Of a DNA stretch of 19,005 bases, positions 18,655 to 19,005 are shown piece after piece. A model generated the notes under the pieces. It was not told where the DNA came from. It did not search any database and saw nothing but the letters and a program-made list of their open reading frames with translations. The translations under genes were made by a program, and so were the position numbers. The stretch comes from Opitutales bacterium (GTDB taxonomy: Bacteria > Verrucomicrobiota > Verrucomicrobiia > Opitutales > JABSRG01): the NCBI GenBank assembly GCA_049599475.1, contig JBMYOQ010000077.1, positions 1 through 19,005 on the forward strand, written 5' to 3'. Position 1 is the first letter of the stretch. Each line of letters opens with the position of its first letter.

Positions 18655-18953
18655 TAGTTGAATCGAAGAATTCAAGAAAGCATACTCAAGCGGAGAGTTG
18701 AGTGATGATGAACGATTTACCTTGATGGAGACAATTATCCAATCATTCGCGGATTTAGAGGTTTCGCTACATGATAATGTTATGTGGCTTGATACGCTTA
18801 GCACTCTTGAAGAGAATCTTGATCTCCACATATATTCGGTGTGGTATTGGTCTGATCTTGAGAATCAAGACGAAGAGTATGAGTGGGAGGTCACCGAGTC
18901 TATACGCTCATTACTTCTGCGCCATATGGGTAGGTATATGAGGACTGTGTGAT

Positions 18954-19005
18954 TGTCGGTTTGCGGTTAAAATGCACCAGTAATTTGCGGGTGAAAGTGC
19001 ACCAT
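18954..19005. mobile_element. Probable terminal repeat of an IS21-family element (truncated by window end)
   Basis: Starts TGT and contains tandem repeats TTTGCGGTTAAAATGCACCA (18960-18979) and TTTGCGGGTGAAAGTGCACCA (18984-19004). Confidence 0.6.

Larger units (their letters stand above)
17677..18952 (+). pseudogene. Cassette 4 gene (hypothetical, ~139 aa) split by an IS5-family element and carrying an in-frame TGA
   Basis: ATG 17677 MSVPEHLWRFPT...WEWEVADP joins in frame, after IS removal, to S*IEEFKKAYSSGELSDDERFTLME...YMRTV (stop 18950-18952). Confidence 0.8.

Noticed and set aside
4239..18661. Alternative genetic code suggested by internal TAG (4239) and TGA (18659)
   Set aside because: Both codons end intact genes in this window and long conserved genes have no internal stops

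Overview
Bacterial chromosomal window; the SecA architecture and GC-rich intergenic palindromes suggest Verrucomicrobiota/Opitutales (inference only). Bases 1-13.3 kb are backbone: oppA-oppB-oppC (minus strand, no ATPase genes), a small STAS/SpoIIAA-like gene with one in-frame TAG, an orphan NtrC-type sigma54 response regulator, secA, a ~157-bp tandem repeat carrying REP-like palindromes, a second STAS-like gene, a signal-peptide-bearing HisC-like aminotransferase and a NUP-family protein. From 13.9 kb the DNA is more AT-rich and forms an integron cassette array: an attI-like site (GTTGGGT at 13900) preceded by four degenerate direct repeats, then three attC sites, each exactly 128 bp, whose core sites match the start of their own cassette. 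No integron integrase lies next to the attI-like site. The cassettes encode a single-TM unknown protein, a lipoprotein, a stand-alone NACHT NTPase (candidate anti-phage protein) and a small gene split by an IS5-family element. The window ends in a probable IS21-family terminal repeat.
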